Positions 37,353-51,040 of a DNA stretch of 64,000 bases are shown here, one piece after another. A program made the translations under genes and the position numbers. Location: positions 89,902,001-89,966,000 of the forward strand of contig NC_086097.1 of the NCBI RefSeq assembly GCF_963921235.1, written 5' to 3'. The DNA comes from Mobula hypostoma (Eukaryota). The number at the start of each line of letters is the position of its first letter. Position 1 is the first letter of the stretch. The notes under the pieces are model-generated. The model did not search any database and was not told where the DNA came from. It worked only from the letters and a program-made list of their open reading frames with translations.

Positions 37353-40300
37353 TGAGTCATAGAGTCATAGAGCACTACAGCACAGAAACAGGCCTTTTGG
37401 CCCATCTAGTCCATGCTGACCTGCCTTGTTCCATCCACCTGCACATGGAACTTAGCCCTCTGTACTTTTCCCATCCAAGTACCGATCCAAATATCTCTTA
37501 AATGTTGAAATGAAACCGGCATCCACCACTTCCGCTGCCAACTCGTTCCACACTCTCACCAGCCTCAGAGTGAAGAAGTCCCCCCTCATGTTCCTTTTAA
37601 ACATTTCATCTTTCACCCTTAACCCATGATCTCTAGTTCTAGTCCCACACAACCTCAGTGGAAAAAGCCAGCTTGCACGTACCCTCTTAATTTTGTATAC
37701 GTCTATCAAATATCCCCTCAATCTTCTAAACTCCAAGGAATAAAGCTCTAATCTCTTCAACCTTTCCCTATAACTCAAGTGTTCAAGTCCCGGCAACATC
37801 GTTGTAAATTTTCTTTATACTCTTTCAATCTTATTAATAACTTTCCTGTAGGTACTGCACTCAATACCAACATCCAATACAGCTTCAAAATTACATCCCA
37901 ACTCCTGTATACAATACTTTGATTTATGAAGGCCAATATGCCAAAAGTTCTTTTTATGCCCCTAACTGCCTGTGACATCCCATTCAAAGAATTTGTATTC
38001 CCCGTATTCCCAGATCTCTTTGTTCTACTGCTTTCCTCTGTGCCCTACACGGAGGAAAGCAGTAAGCCCTACCCTGGATTGTCCTCCTAAAGTACAGGTT
38101 TCTCTCGCCATCCGAAGGTAGAGCGTTCCTATGAAATGGTTCGTAAGCCGGAATGTCATAAAGCGAAGAAGCCATTACCATTTACTTATACGGGACAATT
38201 TTGTGAGCGTTCGCAGACCCAAAAATAACCTACCAAATCATGCCAAATAACACATAAAACCTAAAATAACAGTAACATATAATAAAAGTAGGAATGATAT
38301 GATAAATACACAGCCTATATAAAGTAGAAATACTTTTCCACAATCATTGCCTGCACTGTTCTCCGTAACGAAAATCTCATGCAAGTGCTCTCGGCAGAAA
38401 CACTCTCTCCAGTAACCTTTAAGCTATGAAGCTGCCAAACCATAGCAAATAACACGTAAAAATACGCAGCCTATATAAAGTAGAAATAATGTATCTACAG
38501 TGTAGTATCACTTACCAGAATCGGGAAGACAGCTTGCCAAGCACATTGATGATGGTGTGTTAAGACTGAGTCGTCGAAGTTTGGGTGGTGCAATGGCCCC
38601 CACCCTCCCGGCAGCGACCTGATACCGATCCGCGAAGCATGCAGGGGTACAGTGGTAGCCGGGAGGCACACAGCACATCTTTACGAAAAAAGCCACAATA
38701 AATATGCTAATTAATTAGGTGCCGCCCGGCACGTAAATGTTGGCCCAGATCAGAGGCGACGCAATCGGCAATCGCCTCTGATCTGGGCCGACATTTACGT
38801 GCCGGGTGGCACCTAATTAATTAGCTTGTTTATTTCGGCTTTTTTTTCTCAAAGATGTGCTGGGTGCGTCTCGGCTACCGCCACATTCTCCGCGAATTGG
38901 TATCTGTCTGCGGCCCGGGGGTTGGGGTGGTGGGACACTGAGGTGTCGTCTATTTCCATCAGGGCAGGCAGCTCATCTTCTCCTATGTCTGCCTGCCTCG
39001 ATGTCGAAGGTTGAGGTTCGTCGTCTGTTGTGGCTGATGTGGAAGGCTTGAAAAATGACAGTATGCTTGACTGCTTAGCCTCGCGCATTTTTCTATCATA
39101 CAGTTCTTTGTAAGCACTCAAACCATCCTGCAAATATGCCCTAAACCGATGTACCCTTTCAAAATTAAAGTCGTACTTTATCATTGCAGCGAAAATCTCA
39201 TGCAGTTGCCTCACATTCCGTTCCTGGACGACTTCACTTTCGCTACTGCATTCGGTGTCGATTGTTATCCTTTCCTCTTCCAATTGCATCAGCTCTTCAT
39301 CTATCAGTTCTTGATCGTGGGATGCCAAAACCTCTTCAACATCATCTTCGTCAGCTTCCACAAGCCAAATTCACTTTGTCCTTATTTCATTCACCACGAC
39401 CGAAATGCTTAATTATGTCTAGTTTTATGCTAAGTGTAACACCCTTACGAGCTCTTTTAGGCTTTTCCGATACCTTAGAACTCATCTTGCAAACGGCTGC
39501 TCACAGGCACGTGTTTAAGCAATGCCGGCTAGAATGCAGTTCCGAATTCGGGGGAGAGCGGCTGCTCGGGGCGCGCGCTGCCTTTTATTGGGGGCTGATT
39601 TTTTCGCGCGCTGCCTTTCTTCGTAACAGTGAAAACACCTTCTGTTAGCGAAAACAGGGAAGTAATGTAGGTCTTTCGTAACAGTGAGGTTTCGTAAAGT
39701 GAACGTTCAAAAAGCAGGGGACACCTGTACAATGCCTTACAGTCATCTGCATTAAAATTCAGCGCATTTCTCCAGGTGGTCCAGGTCCCACTGCAGGCTT
39801 TGGTAGGCTTCCTCGCTGTTCACTACACCCCCGGTCTTGCTGTCATCCACAAATTTGCTGATCCAATTTATCACGTTATCATCAAGATCATTGAAATAGA
39901 TGACAAGCCACAATGCACTCAATACTGATCCCTGCAGCACACCACCAGTCACAAAGGCAACCATCTACTACTACTCTCTGGCTTCTTCTGCGAAGCAAAA
40001 TGTTGAATCCAACTGACTTCCTGAATGCCAAATGACTGAATATTCTTGACTAATCTCCCACATAGGATATTGTCAAAGCACTTCCTCATATCCAGTGGAC
40101 AACATCCACTGCTTTGCCTTCATTAGCCTTCCTGGTAAACTCCTTGAAAAACTTTTATAAGATTGGTTTGCTACGACCTACCATGCACAAGGCCATGTTG
40201 ACTATCCCTAACCAGTCCATGTTTATACAAATACTTACATGTACAGTTCCTTAGACACCCCCGCCTTCCAATAACTTACCCACTACTGATGTCAGTCTCA

Positions 40301-40575
40301 CCGACCTATAATTTCCTGGCTTATTCTTAGAGCCTTTCTTAAATAATGGTACAACATTAGCTATACTCCAATTGTCCGGCACTTCACCCGTGGCTAGGGA
40401 CATTTTAAATACCACTGCTAGGGCCCCTCCAATTTCTGCACTAGCTTTCCACAAATCTACGGGAACACCTGAGGAATTGTCCACACTAACTTGCCTCAAG
40501 ACAGCATCCACCTCCTCCTCTGTAACCTGTAAAGGGTCCATGACCTTGCCGCTGCTTTGCCTCATGTCTATGGAC
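37353..40575 (-). mobile_element. Degenerate CR1 LINE interrupted by a Tigger element
   Basis: PGNYRSVRLTSVVGK, GVLQGSVLS, FVDDSK, MLPGLEHLSYRERL, and a (CATAGAGT)n-like tail. Confidence 0.85.
38095..39727 (-). mobile_element. Tigger/pogo-like non-autonomous element, uninterrupted copy
   Basis: Ends TA|CAGGTTTC...GGGGACACCTG|TA. TIGD1-like N- and C-terminal remnants are present, but I see no DDE core. Confidence 0.9.
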
Positions 40576-41300
40576 TAGTCTGCCCCTTGAGTCTCCTTTC
40601 AAGATCTCCTTCGGCACAGATGATCACACTGATCTTCAAGAGGACCAATTTTATCCTTGCTAACCTTTTGCTCTTAATGTATCTCTAGAACCCTTAGAAC
40701 CCAATCCTGAGGATCAGATCAATCCTTCTCCATAATTATCTTGAAACTAATGCGTAGGTGACTTCCTCTCATAGCTTAACCTCGGTCTAGAGTCTAGACT
40801 CTAGATGCTTCCCTTCATATTCTCAGCTGATTAAAAAGTGGCTGGGGAGTGCCATTATTGAGGTGCTTGTCTTGCACTCTTTAAAAACATAAGAATCAAT
40901 GGACATAAGAAATAGAACTAAGGAGTTGGCAGCATCATGTAAAGGCATTTGCTTTATGATTAACTCATCACAAACATATTGCTCTATTTCAGTCCTGCTC
41001 CCCTGACCTGGAACAAATGGCAGTCAAGTGTCGTGCATTCTATCTGCCGAGAGAGTTCTCTGCTGTTATTCTGGCAGTGGTGTGTATTTAAGTTCAAGTT
41101 CAAGTTTATTTGTCATGCAACTATACCTGAACACTCATGAATACAGCCAACCGAAACAGTGTTCCTCTGGGACCAAAGTGCAAAACACAGTCCCAAGTCA
41201 TACACAGCATAAGGCACGTATAAGATAGCAAGTAAACAAACAGTCACATAGCTATATAGAATATGTATAGTCCAAGTCCTTGAGTGACATGTCCTGTAAT

Positions 41301-41570
41301 GGGTGGCACATTAGCATAGTGGTTAGCACAATGCTTTACAGAACCAGCGACCTGGGTTCAATTCCCACTGCTGCCTGTAAGGAGTTTGTACATTCTTCCC
41401 ATGACCGTGTAGGTTTCCTCCGGGTGCTCTAGTTTCCTCTTGCAGTCCAAACACATACCGGTTCATAGGTTAATTGGTTATTGTAAATTATCCCGAGATT
41501 AGGCTAGGATTAAATTGGGGGATCGCTGGGCCAGAAAGGCCCACTCCGCGCTGTAAAGATAAATAAAATT
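41301..41570 (+). mobile_element. V-SINE-like element
   Basis: A-box tagcatagtgg, B-box ggttcaattcc, V-like core and AT-rich tail. Confidence 0.7.
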
Positions 41571-42199
41571 TGATGGGGCATGGGTGTGATCGGCAAGATC
41601 AAGCAGCTCTCAGCAGTCTACAGACGAATGTGCGCACACATGAACGCAATACAACTTGCTATTCTACGATCAAGCACTGGATGGCAGCACTGATGGGAGT
41701 GGCCAGCCCCTAACTCAGCATGCACACCACGCTACACTACTTCTGGCAACTCCTCTCCTGGACTGCTGCAACAGGCAAGCCGTGTCTTGCGGCCTAGTCC
41801 TCGCTACAACCGAGGCCACGCAGCCCTCCTGCCGTGGGTCTCACCAATAAACAAGTACTTGCAGCATTTTAAATTACCAATGTCCAACAGGGTCTTGTGA
41901 TTGCAAGAGAAACATGCAAGACAATCACTCTCTGTTGGATTGTACGCCGCCTTCTCAGATCAACTGCAATGCCTTCCTGCAGCAGGCAAAATAACAATGC
42001 GCACCAAGCCCAGCTCCTCCACCAATGAGGGACTCGCTGATGGTGTAGACCTGCAGTACTTGGAAGTTCTGAATGTCCAGCATTGTTTTGAAATCCTAAA
42101 AAAGACAAGAACACCCTTGGTTGGCCCCTGAGAGGCTGCTGCATCCAAACACATCGCTATCTTAATGGAATTTGTCATTTTACCACTGACAAATGTGTG

Positions 42200-44510
42200 G
42201 GGGAGCAGAGCATTGTGATCAACAGTCATGAGAGAGTGCACCATGATGCCATCCTGATCATCAGTGGGGGAGGGGGGTCTTCAAAAAGGCCAGCTTGAAG
42301 AAGTCTCTGCCAGACTACTACCAACATATCACCTGCAGAACCAGGGGAGCCATCACACTCAACCACCACTACACAACCATCAAGAACGCTTACTGTGCCA
42401 TCCCGTGCCCGAACTTGGGCAAGTCTGATCATCTGGCTGTACTTCTACTCACGGAGACTGAGGACCACATCGCCAATGGTGAGGACCACAAAGGTATGGT
42501 CAAGACAGGTGGAGGAGAGTTTGCAGGACTGCTTTGAATCAATGGACTGGACCATATTCAGGGATTCATCTTCTGATCTGAATGAATATGCCATAGCCGT
42601 CACCAACTTCATTGGTACTGGCGTGGATGAGTATGTGTTTTCCCAATCCAGAAGCCCTGGATGTACTAGAGATTTACAACCTGCTGAGGGCTAGATCTGT
42701 GGCACTCAAGACCAGCAATGCACATTCCTAGAAGAAGTCCAGGTTCAACCTACATTAGGCCATTGTAAGTGTGAGAAGGCTATTCCCTGTGGAAATAGAG
42801 AGAAATGTATGCACAACAGTTGTGACACAGGGTCTGTACACCATTACTTGCTGTAAGGTGAAACTTCACAGCATAAAGGGTGGTCATGTTTCTCTCCCCA
42901 GTGAGCTCAACACCTTTCAAAGGGACAATTATGCCACACTCATGCAAATCCCCACTGCATCTGGCGATCCTGTGATACCTGTCTCAGAGGTTGATGTCGA
43001 AACATCCTTAAGAGGGTGAACCTTCACAAGGCCTCTGTCTCCAATGGTGCACCTGTCAGGGTTCTGAAAACCTGTGCCGACCAACTGGCTTGTGTGTTCA
43101 GTGACATCTTCCGCCTCTCACTGCTGAGGTGTGAGGTTGCACCCGCTTCAAAAGGGCAGCAATCACACGGTGCATCAGAGGAGCAGCGTGAGCAGCCTCA
43201 ATTACTGCCACCTGTAACATTCATATCCACTGTGATCTAGGGTGATCCAGAAGCTGATTACTCCTTCCTGAGCAAAGACATGGACCACTGTAATTTGCCC
43301 ACTGTCACAACAGGTCTACAGCTGATGCAATCTGACTGGCTCTCCACTGTGCTTTGGAACATCCAGACAACAGTAAAGCAATATGTCAAGCTACTGTTTG
43401 TCGATAACAGTTCAGCAACAACACCATTATGCCCTGAGTATTAATCACAAAGCTTCAAAACCTGACTTTGGCCTGCCCGGTAACAACACTGTTGTTGGTA
43501 GAATCTGAAGGCGTACAGGAGTGAGATATACTAGCGGGTTGACTGATGTCACAACAACAAAACTCACACTCAGTGTCAGCAGAAGCAAGGAATTGATTGT
43601 GGACTTCAGTAAAGGGGAAATCAGGAGATCATGCACCAGTCCACACTGTGGAAAGGTGAGCAGTTTCAAGTCTCTGGGCATTAATACCTTGGAGGAACTC
43701 TCCTGCGCCCAAAATATTGATGCAATCGTGAAGAAGTCACACCAGCGGCTCTACTTCATTATTAGTTTGAAGAGATTTGGTACGTCACCAAAGACTCCTG
43801 CAAATTTCTACAGATGCACAGCGGAGAACATTCTGACTGGTTTCATCACAGTCTGGTATGGAGACTTCAACGCCCAGGATCACAAGAGGATTGTAAGCTC
43901 AGCCAGCTGCTATATTTTACATATATAAATAAAAGTCTTGTGAGACCATGGATTTGTGCCTTGGAAGATTTCCAGGCAAGGTTGTATGGAAGACCGAGAC
44001 CGGCAGTTGCCCATGCTGCAAGTCTCCCCTCTCCACGCCACCAAGGGAAGGGCCGATACAGCTTGGAAACGCTGTCGTCGCAGAGCACTGTGCGGTTAAA
44101 TGCCTTGCTCAAGGACACAACACGGTGCCTCAGCTGAGGCTCGAACTAGCGACCTTCAGATCACTAGACCGACGCCTTGACCACTTGGCCACGCGCCAAC
44201 ACAACTTTTGATGCCTTTAATAGTCATGAACCACCCGGACATGCCCTCTTGTTACCATTATCGGGGAGGAGATAGAGGAGCGTGAAGATACATACTCAAG
44301 AATCCAAGAACAGTTTCTTCACACTGCCTTCAGATTTCTGAGCAGTCCATAAAGCCATGAATAATACCTTATCAAGCCTTTTATTTTGCACTATTTATTT
44401 ACTTACTAACTTATAATGATTTATGCAATCGCACTGTATTGCTGCTGCAAAACAACACATTTCAAGACATATTCATATCAGTGGTAATAAACCGCATTCT
44501 GATTCTGAAT
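42200..44510 (+). mobile_element. Degenerate Rex1/Babar-type LINE with a nested SINE (about 43930-44205)
   Basis: LGKSDHLAVLL, LQDCFESMDW, RVLKTCADQLACVF, SKELIVDFS, QRLYF...FYRCTAENILTG. Confidence 0.8.
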
Positions 44511-44692
44511 GAACCTGCTCCACCATTCAGTAGAATCAGAGCTGATATTTTATCTTAGGAGTGCATTGCTGTGTTAACCCCATTCACCTTACTGTCTAAA
44601 AATGTTCCATAGTTTAAAATAGTTATAATGATCATAAAAAGTATTCATTAACAATTTTATTTATAGTAATTTACTACTTATAATGGAATACA

Positions 44693-45192
44693 CACTCAGT
44701 GGCCATTTTACTAAAGTACCTCCTGTATCTAATAAAGTGACACTGACTATATGTACGCACTCTCCTGCTGTTGTATCCCATCCTCTTCAAAGTTCAACAG
44801 GTTGTGAGTTCAGAGATGCTCCTCTGCACACCCCTGTTATAACTTGTGGTTAGCTGAATTACTGTTGCCTTCCTCTCAGCTTGAACGCATCTGGCCATTC
44901 TCCTCTGACGCCCCCCCTCCCCCCGATTAACAAGACGTTTTTGCCCACAAAACTGCTGCTCTAGAGTCTGCTGTGTGTGAAAATCCCCAGGAGATCAGCA
45001 GTTTCTGAGATACTCAAACCACCCCGTCTGGCACCAAATATCATTCATCAAAGTCACTTAGATCACATTTCTTCTCCATTCTGAAGTTTGGCCTGAACAA
45101 CAACTGAACCTCGACCATTTATTGAGTTGCTGCCACGTGATTGGCTGAATGGATATTTGCATTAATGAGCAGGTGGACCTAATCAAGTGGGC
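44693..45192 (-). mobile_element. Tc1-like non-autonomous element
   Basis: cactcagtggcca TIR family with a transposase HTH remnant. Related to the 48590-49120 and 59415-59925 copies. Confidence 0.7.
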
Positions 45193-45893
45193 AAATGTAA
45201 CAATATAACAATTTATAAAGAGTCGAGAGGGAGGCCATTCAGCTGCTTAAGGTAGTTCGATTCGATCAATTTAACTTAAATAGAAATCATGGGTATGAAG
45301 GATGTTGTGACTTTTGCTAATGTCTGTGATTTTTATTGTTCTCTTGGACTTTTAAGGAGTTATTTTAAAATCCGGCCTTTGCGCTTTTTGGACTAATGCA
45401 ACTACCTGTGTGGCAGTGATGTATTCACGGACAAAATGAGGAGAACAGCTTGAAGCAATAGAGACCATGATCTTTACAATGTCCCACAAATATGTTCCAT
45501 GAAAACAGACGTTTATTGCTCTGCACTAAATGTATGGCACCAGTTGACTACACCGCTCCTGTTTAAATGCTTGTAGAGGCCGGGTCCTATAAATGCTAAG
45601 CTAGTAAAACAGGAGAGGAACTGCTGAAAACTGTAAGAGACATTTCAAACCAAAGCAAACGAACAGCCCTGGGAACATTTCACTTCAGTAAATATTGCCC
45701 CCGCATATTTTTGGCAGCCTGTATCTTAAACAGCATTTGGAATGTAATCTAACAACACATCAATATTACTGTGAAAATTATACTTGCTGAATATGCTTGA
45801 AAAGTATGTCACAGAGATAAAGGAAAAACTGAATGCCTGGTACGTGTTGTTGCTGATGTGACACAGATGTTCTCAACATCTGGCTGCTCTAAA

Positions 45894-46085
45894 CAACTAC
45901 TACTACTACTACGTTGACTCAGGCCTAGGGGGCCAGCGTCAGGCACGATGACGGACTCTCCACTTCTCCCTCTCCCTCATCAGTGTGTTCAGTTCATCTA
46001 CATTAGCCGCGCCGCTGTCTTCTGGGAGCGTGTTGACCATAGTCTTAGGAGGGTGCCCAGGGTTCATCCTCCCATGCTTGGGCTC
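45894..46085 (-). mobile_element. RTE/RTE-X-like LINE 3' end
   Basis: EPKHGRMNPGHP...LMREREKWR, a (TAG)n tail, and GCTCTAAA repeated at both edges. Confidence 0.65.
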
Positions 46086-48589
46086 TAAATAAACTGGAGC
46101 ATAAACTTAAGATGGATGTGCATCTGACTGGCTGCTGTTTTTGCACACTGTTAACTTTAAGATTGCAAGGGTAGTTCTATGGAGACAAAATTTGCTCTCG
46201 CCTGGGATAAAGCAACACCCATGATGAAGATTTAGGAAAGGCGAATGAAAGCTCGGCTTCCAAATGCAGTACCGTTTATGCCTGCAGGTCATCCGTCCAA
46301 GCTGGTTGGACGCATGAGCCACAGGCATAGAAGGCATACAGAGGCAAATAACATGCACTGTGGAGTGAGAGAAATGCTACTGAACGAGCACAGCACACAG
46401 GGGAAAAGCGGTCCCTGGCTGCGAAGGTCAGCTGATGGAGACCTGTTTACGGAGCCATCCTTGGTTTTGGCAACCTGCCCCAGGACTTTTCAATGCCTGA
46501 CCAGTCTGTGACCAAATCAGGCAAAATAAGAACTTAAGAAATTGAACGCGGAGGATGTCATAAGGCCCTTCACACCTGCTCTGTCATTGAATGAGCTCGT
46601 ACTGTAGCTGATCATTTACCTCTACCCTATTTCACTGCACTAACCCCATATCCATCCCTTCATCCCCTAATATCTCAAAAATTATCTTGAACGTACAGAC
46701 TCAGTGACTCAGTCTCCACAAGAATCTTGGTTAGCGAATCGCAAAGGTATATCAGACTCTGGTGGTTTCAGAAGTTTCTTCACCTGAGTCTTGACTAGCA
46801 GAGAAGCTTGTTTTGTGATTAGATACTCCAACTGGGGAAACATCATCTCTGCATTTATCTTGTCAAGCCCAGCATGTTTCAATGAGATTGCTACACGTTC
46901 TAAACTCAAGGTCCAGTTGCTTAACCCACCCTCATAGTATAAAACCCCAAATCCAAATTCAATCTGTAGTATCTTCACTGCACTCCCGCCACAAATGAAT
47001 CCTTCCTTTGGTAGGGGACTACACCTTTACATAATATTCCAGATGCAGTCCCGATATAACTGCAGTAAGATGTCTTTACTCCTGCATTCAAACCTTCTTA
47101 TATTAAATACTAACGTATATTCCATTTACTATTTTAATTTCATGCAGTACCTGCACATTAACTTTTAATAATCTGAATAATCAGTTCTTCTGAACAACAA
47201 CTCATTTTAGTCTCTCGTTACTTAAAATCAATCGATCTTACTACTTTCTGCTGCAATATGAATAAGCTCACAAATGTCCATATTTTCTTTTCTACCTTCT
47301 ACACCTTGCCTGTCCCTCTATCCTGTCCATACCCCTTCTGCAGCCTCTTCACAAACCATTTGCAGCTTTGCATCATTAGCAACCATAGATCTATGATACT
47401 TGGGAGCATCATTCATACCACTGGCCGAGGCTGTGTGTTCCTTTGTTTGAAAAGCGGCCCATAAAGTGAACACTGTGGTTGTTGCAGAATGGAGAGTTGC
47501 ACAAAGATGCAGCCGTGCTCACTAGATTTGGAAGAATGTGGAATCAAAGTTTTCAACACTTGCTGCAGCTACCATTTGGAAATATGTTAATACTAAAAGA
47601 CCACTCATTCCCTATGACAAGGCTTTCAGTTCCATTAGGCCACCAGAGTTCCCAACATACAACATCTTGCACCAGAATAAAGCATGAAGCAACAAAAAGT
47701 GGACTTCTACAGAAGAGCATAGCAATTTTATTTTACTTTGCATGCTTTATTTTCAAAGACAAGGAAATATTCAACATTTTTAAATCTCTTTTTTCAAGGC
47801 AGTTCCTAAATTTAGTTCAGTGTTTGTATTTATATTTCTTGTGTGTGTGTTAATGCACCACTCAGTGCTATGTTATTTTTCCATGCTTTCGTGATACACA
47901 CCATGACTGCTCCATGACTTAGGTTCAAATTTTCCATGACAAAAATCTACCTCTACCTAGTCCTAGCTGATCTGCTTCAACATGAGTTCCATGTCCTTTG
48001 ATAACCCAATGCAGCAAAAACCTACCTCCTTCAGTTCTGAGATTTTCTGTTGACTGCCAGCATCAAATTTGGCATGAAGACACACCTTTCATGATACTTT
48101 CTGCAAAGTTCTGCTTCCCACATCCCAACTGCAGGGGTTAGTTCAGGCAATAACATTATGTTCACAAGGGAATGATTTCCTCTGTTTATCCTATCAACAA
48201 CTTCAATCATTCTACACAGTTCAATAAATCACTCTTTAATCCAGGAAGTATCATGGTAAATCTCTTCTGTATCCTCTTCAGAACCTTCACGTCCTTCCGA
48301 CCATGGGTCAACCACAACTGAATGCAATATTCTATAAATCTGCCTCATGAGCTAGTATGCTCACTAATAAAGACAACCATGCCCATATGCCTTCTTTACC
48401 ACCGCATCAGCTTATGTCGCCACTTTCAGGGTGCTACTAACTTGGACCCCAAGATCAACTACACTGTTAAAGATCCTGCCATTAATTTACAACTCTCCCT
48501 TTACGTTCAATCTCCCAGAGCACAAAGCCTCATGCTTGCCCAGATTAAGCTCCATCTGCCATTTCTCCACTTATATCTGCAACTGATCC

Positions 48590-49120
48590 ACGCTCCGTGG
48601 TCACTTTATTGGGTGCCTCCGGGACCTAATAAAGTGGCCACCAAGTGTATGTTCATGACCTTCTGCTGTTATAGCAAATCCACTTCAGGTTCGACATGCT
48701 GTGCATTCAGAGATGCTTTTCTGTGCACCGCTGTTGCAACGTGTGGTTTCCTGTCAGCCTTCCTGTCTCCTGAACCAGTTTGGCCATTCTCTGACCTTTC
48801 TCATTAACAAGTCATTTTCACTCTGCAGCTCACTGGATGTTATTTTGTCTTTTTTGCACCATTCTCTGTGAACTCTATAGAGACTTGTGTGTGAAAATCC
48901 CAGGAGACCTGCAGTTTCTGAGATACCTGAACCACCCTGTCCGGCACCAACAATCATTCCATGGTCAGAGTCACTTAGATCACATCTCTTCCCCATTCTG
49001 AACTTTGGCCTGAACAACAACTGAATCTCTTGACCATGTATTGAGTTGCTGGCACTTGATTGGCTGAATGGATATTTGCATCAATGAGCAGGTGTACCTA
49101 ATCAAGTGGCCACTGAGTGT
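48590..49120 (-). mobile_element. Tc1-like non-autonomous element
   Basis: MGKRCDLSDSDHGMIVGA...SETAGLLGFSHTSLYRVHREW HTH remnant and TIR agtggccactgagtg|TA. Confidence 0.75.
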
Positions 49121-50286
49121 ATGTTATATATAATACAATATAACATAGACAAGTTGGAGGGATTTGTTCACCAGAAGGAGAAATCAATATTCATACCATC
49201 ATGTTGGAGGTACCCAGAAGGAATATAGGGTGTCGCTCCTGCACCCTATAAAGTGGTGGGCTCCTCACTTTGGCACAAGAGAAGGCCATGGATCGACACG
49301 TTGGAAAGTGAATGGAAATAGGAATTAAAACGTTTGGCCACCGGGAAGACCCATTTGTGGCCGATGGAGTGGAGGTGCCTGACGAAGTGGTTCCCCATTT
49401 TATGACGAGTCTCGCCAATGTAGAGAAGGCCCCTTCGGGAGCACTGGACAGAACAGGCAACCCCAGCAGATTCGCAGGTATCCTACTGAAACACGATCAC
49501 TATGTGAAATGTGTTGTTTCGCAGCCGCAGTACTGTGCAAAGACATAAAATTACTATAAGTTACAAAAACAAATAGGTGGTGCCAAATAGTGTCAACATA
49601 GCGAGTGGAGTGTCAACTAATGACAAACAGATGAAGTGGGGGAATCTATGATTTATTGTGAAAAGTTAGCTAAAAGTCCAAAGGGGATCAAAAACGACAC
49701 ACAGAAAGCTGCAGTCTGTCACAAGGTACATAATTCAGAGTTAGGAAAATACAACTGTCGCTTGGGTTACATTGGAACGTAGTGTTGAGTTAAACACTTA
49801 GTGATATATTAGTGTTGGAGATAGGCAAGGAAGGGTTAAGGAAAATAGTGCGTAGGTTATTATGAGAGGCCGAGCAATTAGTTGTGGGGGTTAAAAGGAA
49901 GGAATGAGGTTAAGGTAAAGAAAGGGATGCACTACATTAAAGTAGGATGACTCTTCTAGCACAGACACAGGCTCTAAAGAGCGCCTGGGGCATCAGCAGG
50001 CCATTCAAAGGAAGGAGGAGAAGCTTGCAGATTTTGTAAAATTATGTCACAATTGTGGGGGAATTAAGAAGCTGGAACCATTCTTAGGAAAAGGGATTTC
50101 TGAGGGCTGTTTCCAGATAGGAAAAGATGTGAGAAAGACAGTAGATTTAATTAGGGGCAGAGAGATCATCACAGGAGAAGCCAGAGCATGAGAAACGGTA
50201 GGATAAGGGATTGTGATGGTAAAACTAAAATCATCATTGATGCCATCTTTTGGTTAAGGCACCAAAATGAAGCCTTTCTACCTCTT

Positions 50287-50368
50287 TTGGGCGAAGGTGA
50301 CATTTACTAGAACACCACAGATTATTCCCCTGCTATCTGTGGTATTCTAGTAAATGTCATTCAACCAA
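50287..50368 (-). other. Pre-miRNA-like hairpin within a Deu-type SINE remnant in the BMF intron
   Basis: Arms 50298-50322 and 50335-50359 are reverse complements at 24 of 25 positions, with a 12-nt loop. The hairpin is certain; its function is unknown. Confidence 0.5.
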
Positions 50369-50946
50369 CCTCATTGGAACAGATCATCATTACATTGTGA
50401 GATCTCACTGTGCACAGTTTTGCCTGCTGCCTTTCCTAGGGATAGAGCCCCTTTTCAATTTTATGCGAGGCACTATTGGAACCCCTAGTACCCAAAGGGA
50501 ATTGATCTCTGCTGTCCAGTGATGTTATATGGGAGGTTCAGCAAACTCCAATCAATACAAAGAGTCAAAAGTGAACTGGGGGAAAAAAGCTCAAAACTCA
50601 GTCGTGAGTATAAGAGTTAGGAACAAGGTGACAGATGAATCTCCCCCGAAGTTCTTGGCAGATAATACAACAGATGAACGTGACCGCTTTCTGCGTAGAA
50701 TCTCAGGCAATAGCCTTTAAATTTAGTTCAAAGATTAACCTCAGCTCCTGAGCTCCTGAAGATCAAAGGTCTGTTTCCAAACATCTAACCTCTGCTACTA
50801 GCCATGGGGAGTGAAGCTGGAGGACAAAGGCACCATTCGCCTCACCAAGTTAATACACTTCATATACTGGGGTGCACACGTGCATAGTACATGTACACAA
50901 TTGCACTTATTCCTATGCACATAAATGCACACACACACTGAAGTGC

Positions 50947-50971
50947 CACACACACACACACACACACACAC
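50947..50971. repeat. (CA)n microsatellite
   Basis: Direct reading. Confidence 0.9.
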
Positions 50972-51040
50972 TTGAGTAAGGACTTCACGCATGCAGCAAT
51001 ACTTGTGCCAATTTTTTTTTACAAACTCATGTTCAAAATA

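Noticed and set aside
38849..39361. 170-aa TIGD1-like ORF considered as a domesticated gene
   Set aside because: It lies within a TIR- and TA-bounded multi-copy element, lacks the DDE core, and the second copy is deleted and frameshifted there.
41301..41380. tRNA-like sequence
   Set aside because: It is a SINE head. No complete cloverleaf is evident and it continues directly into the SINE body.
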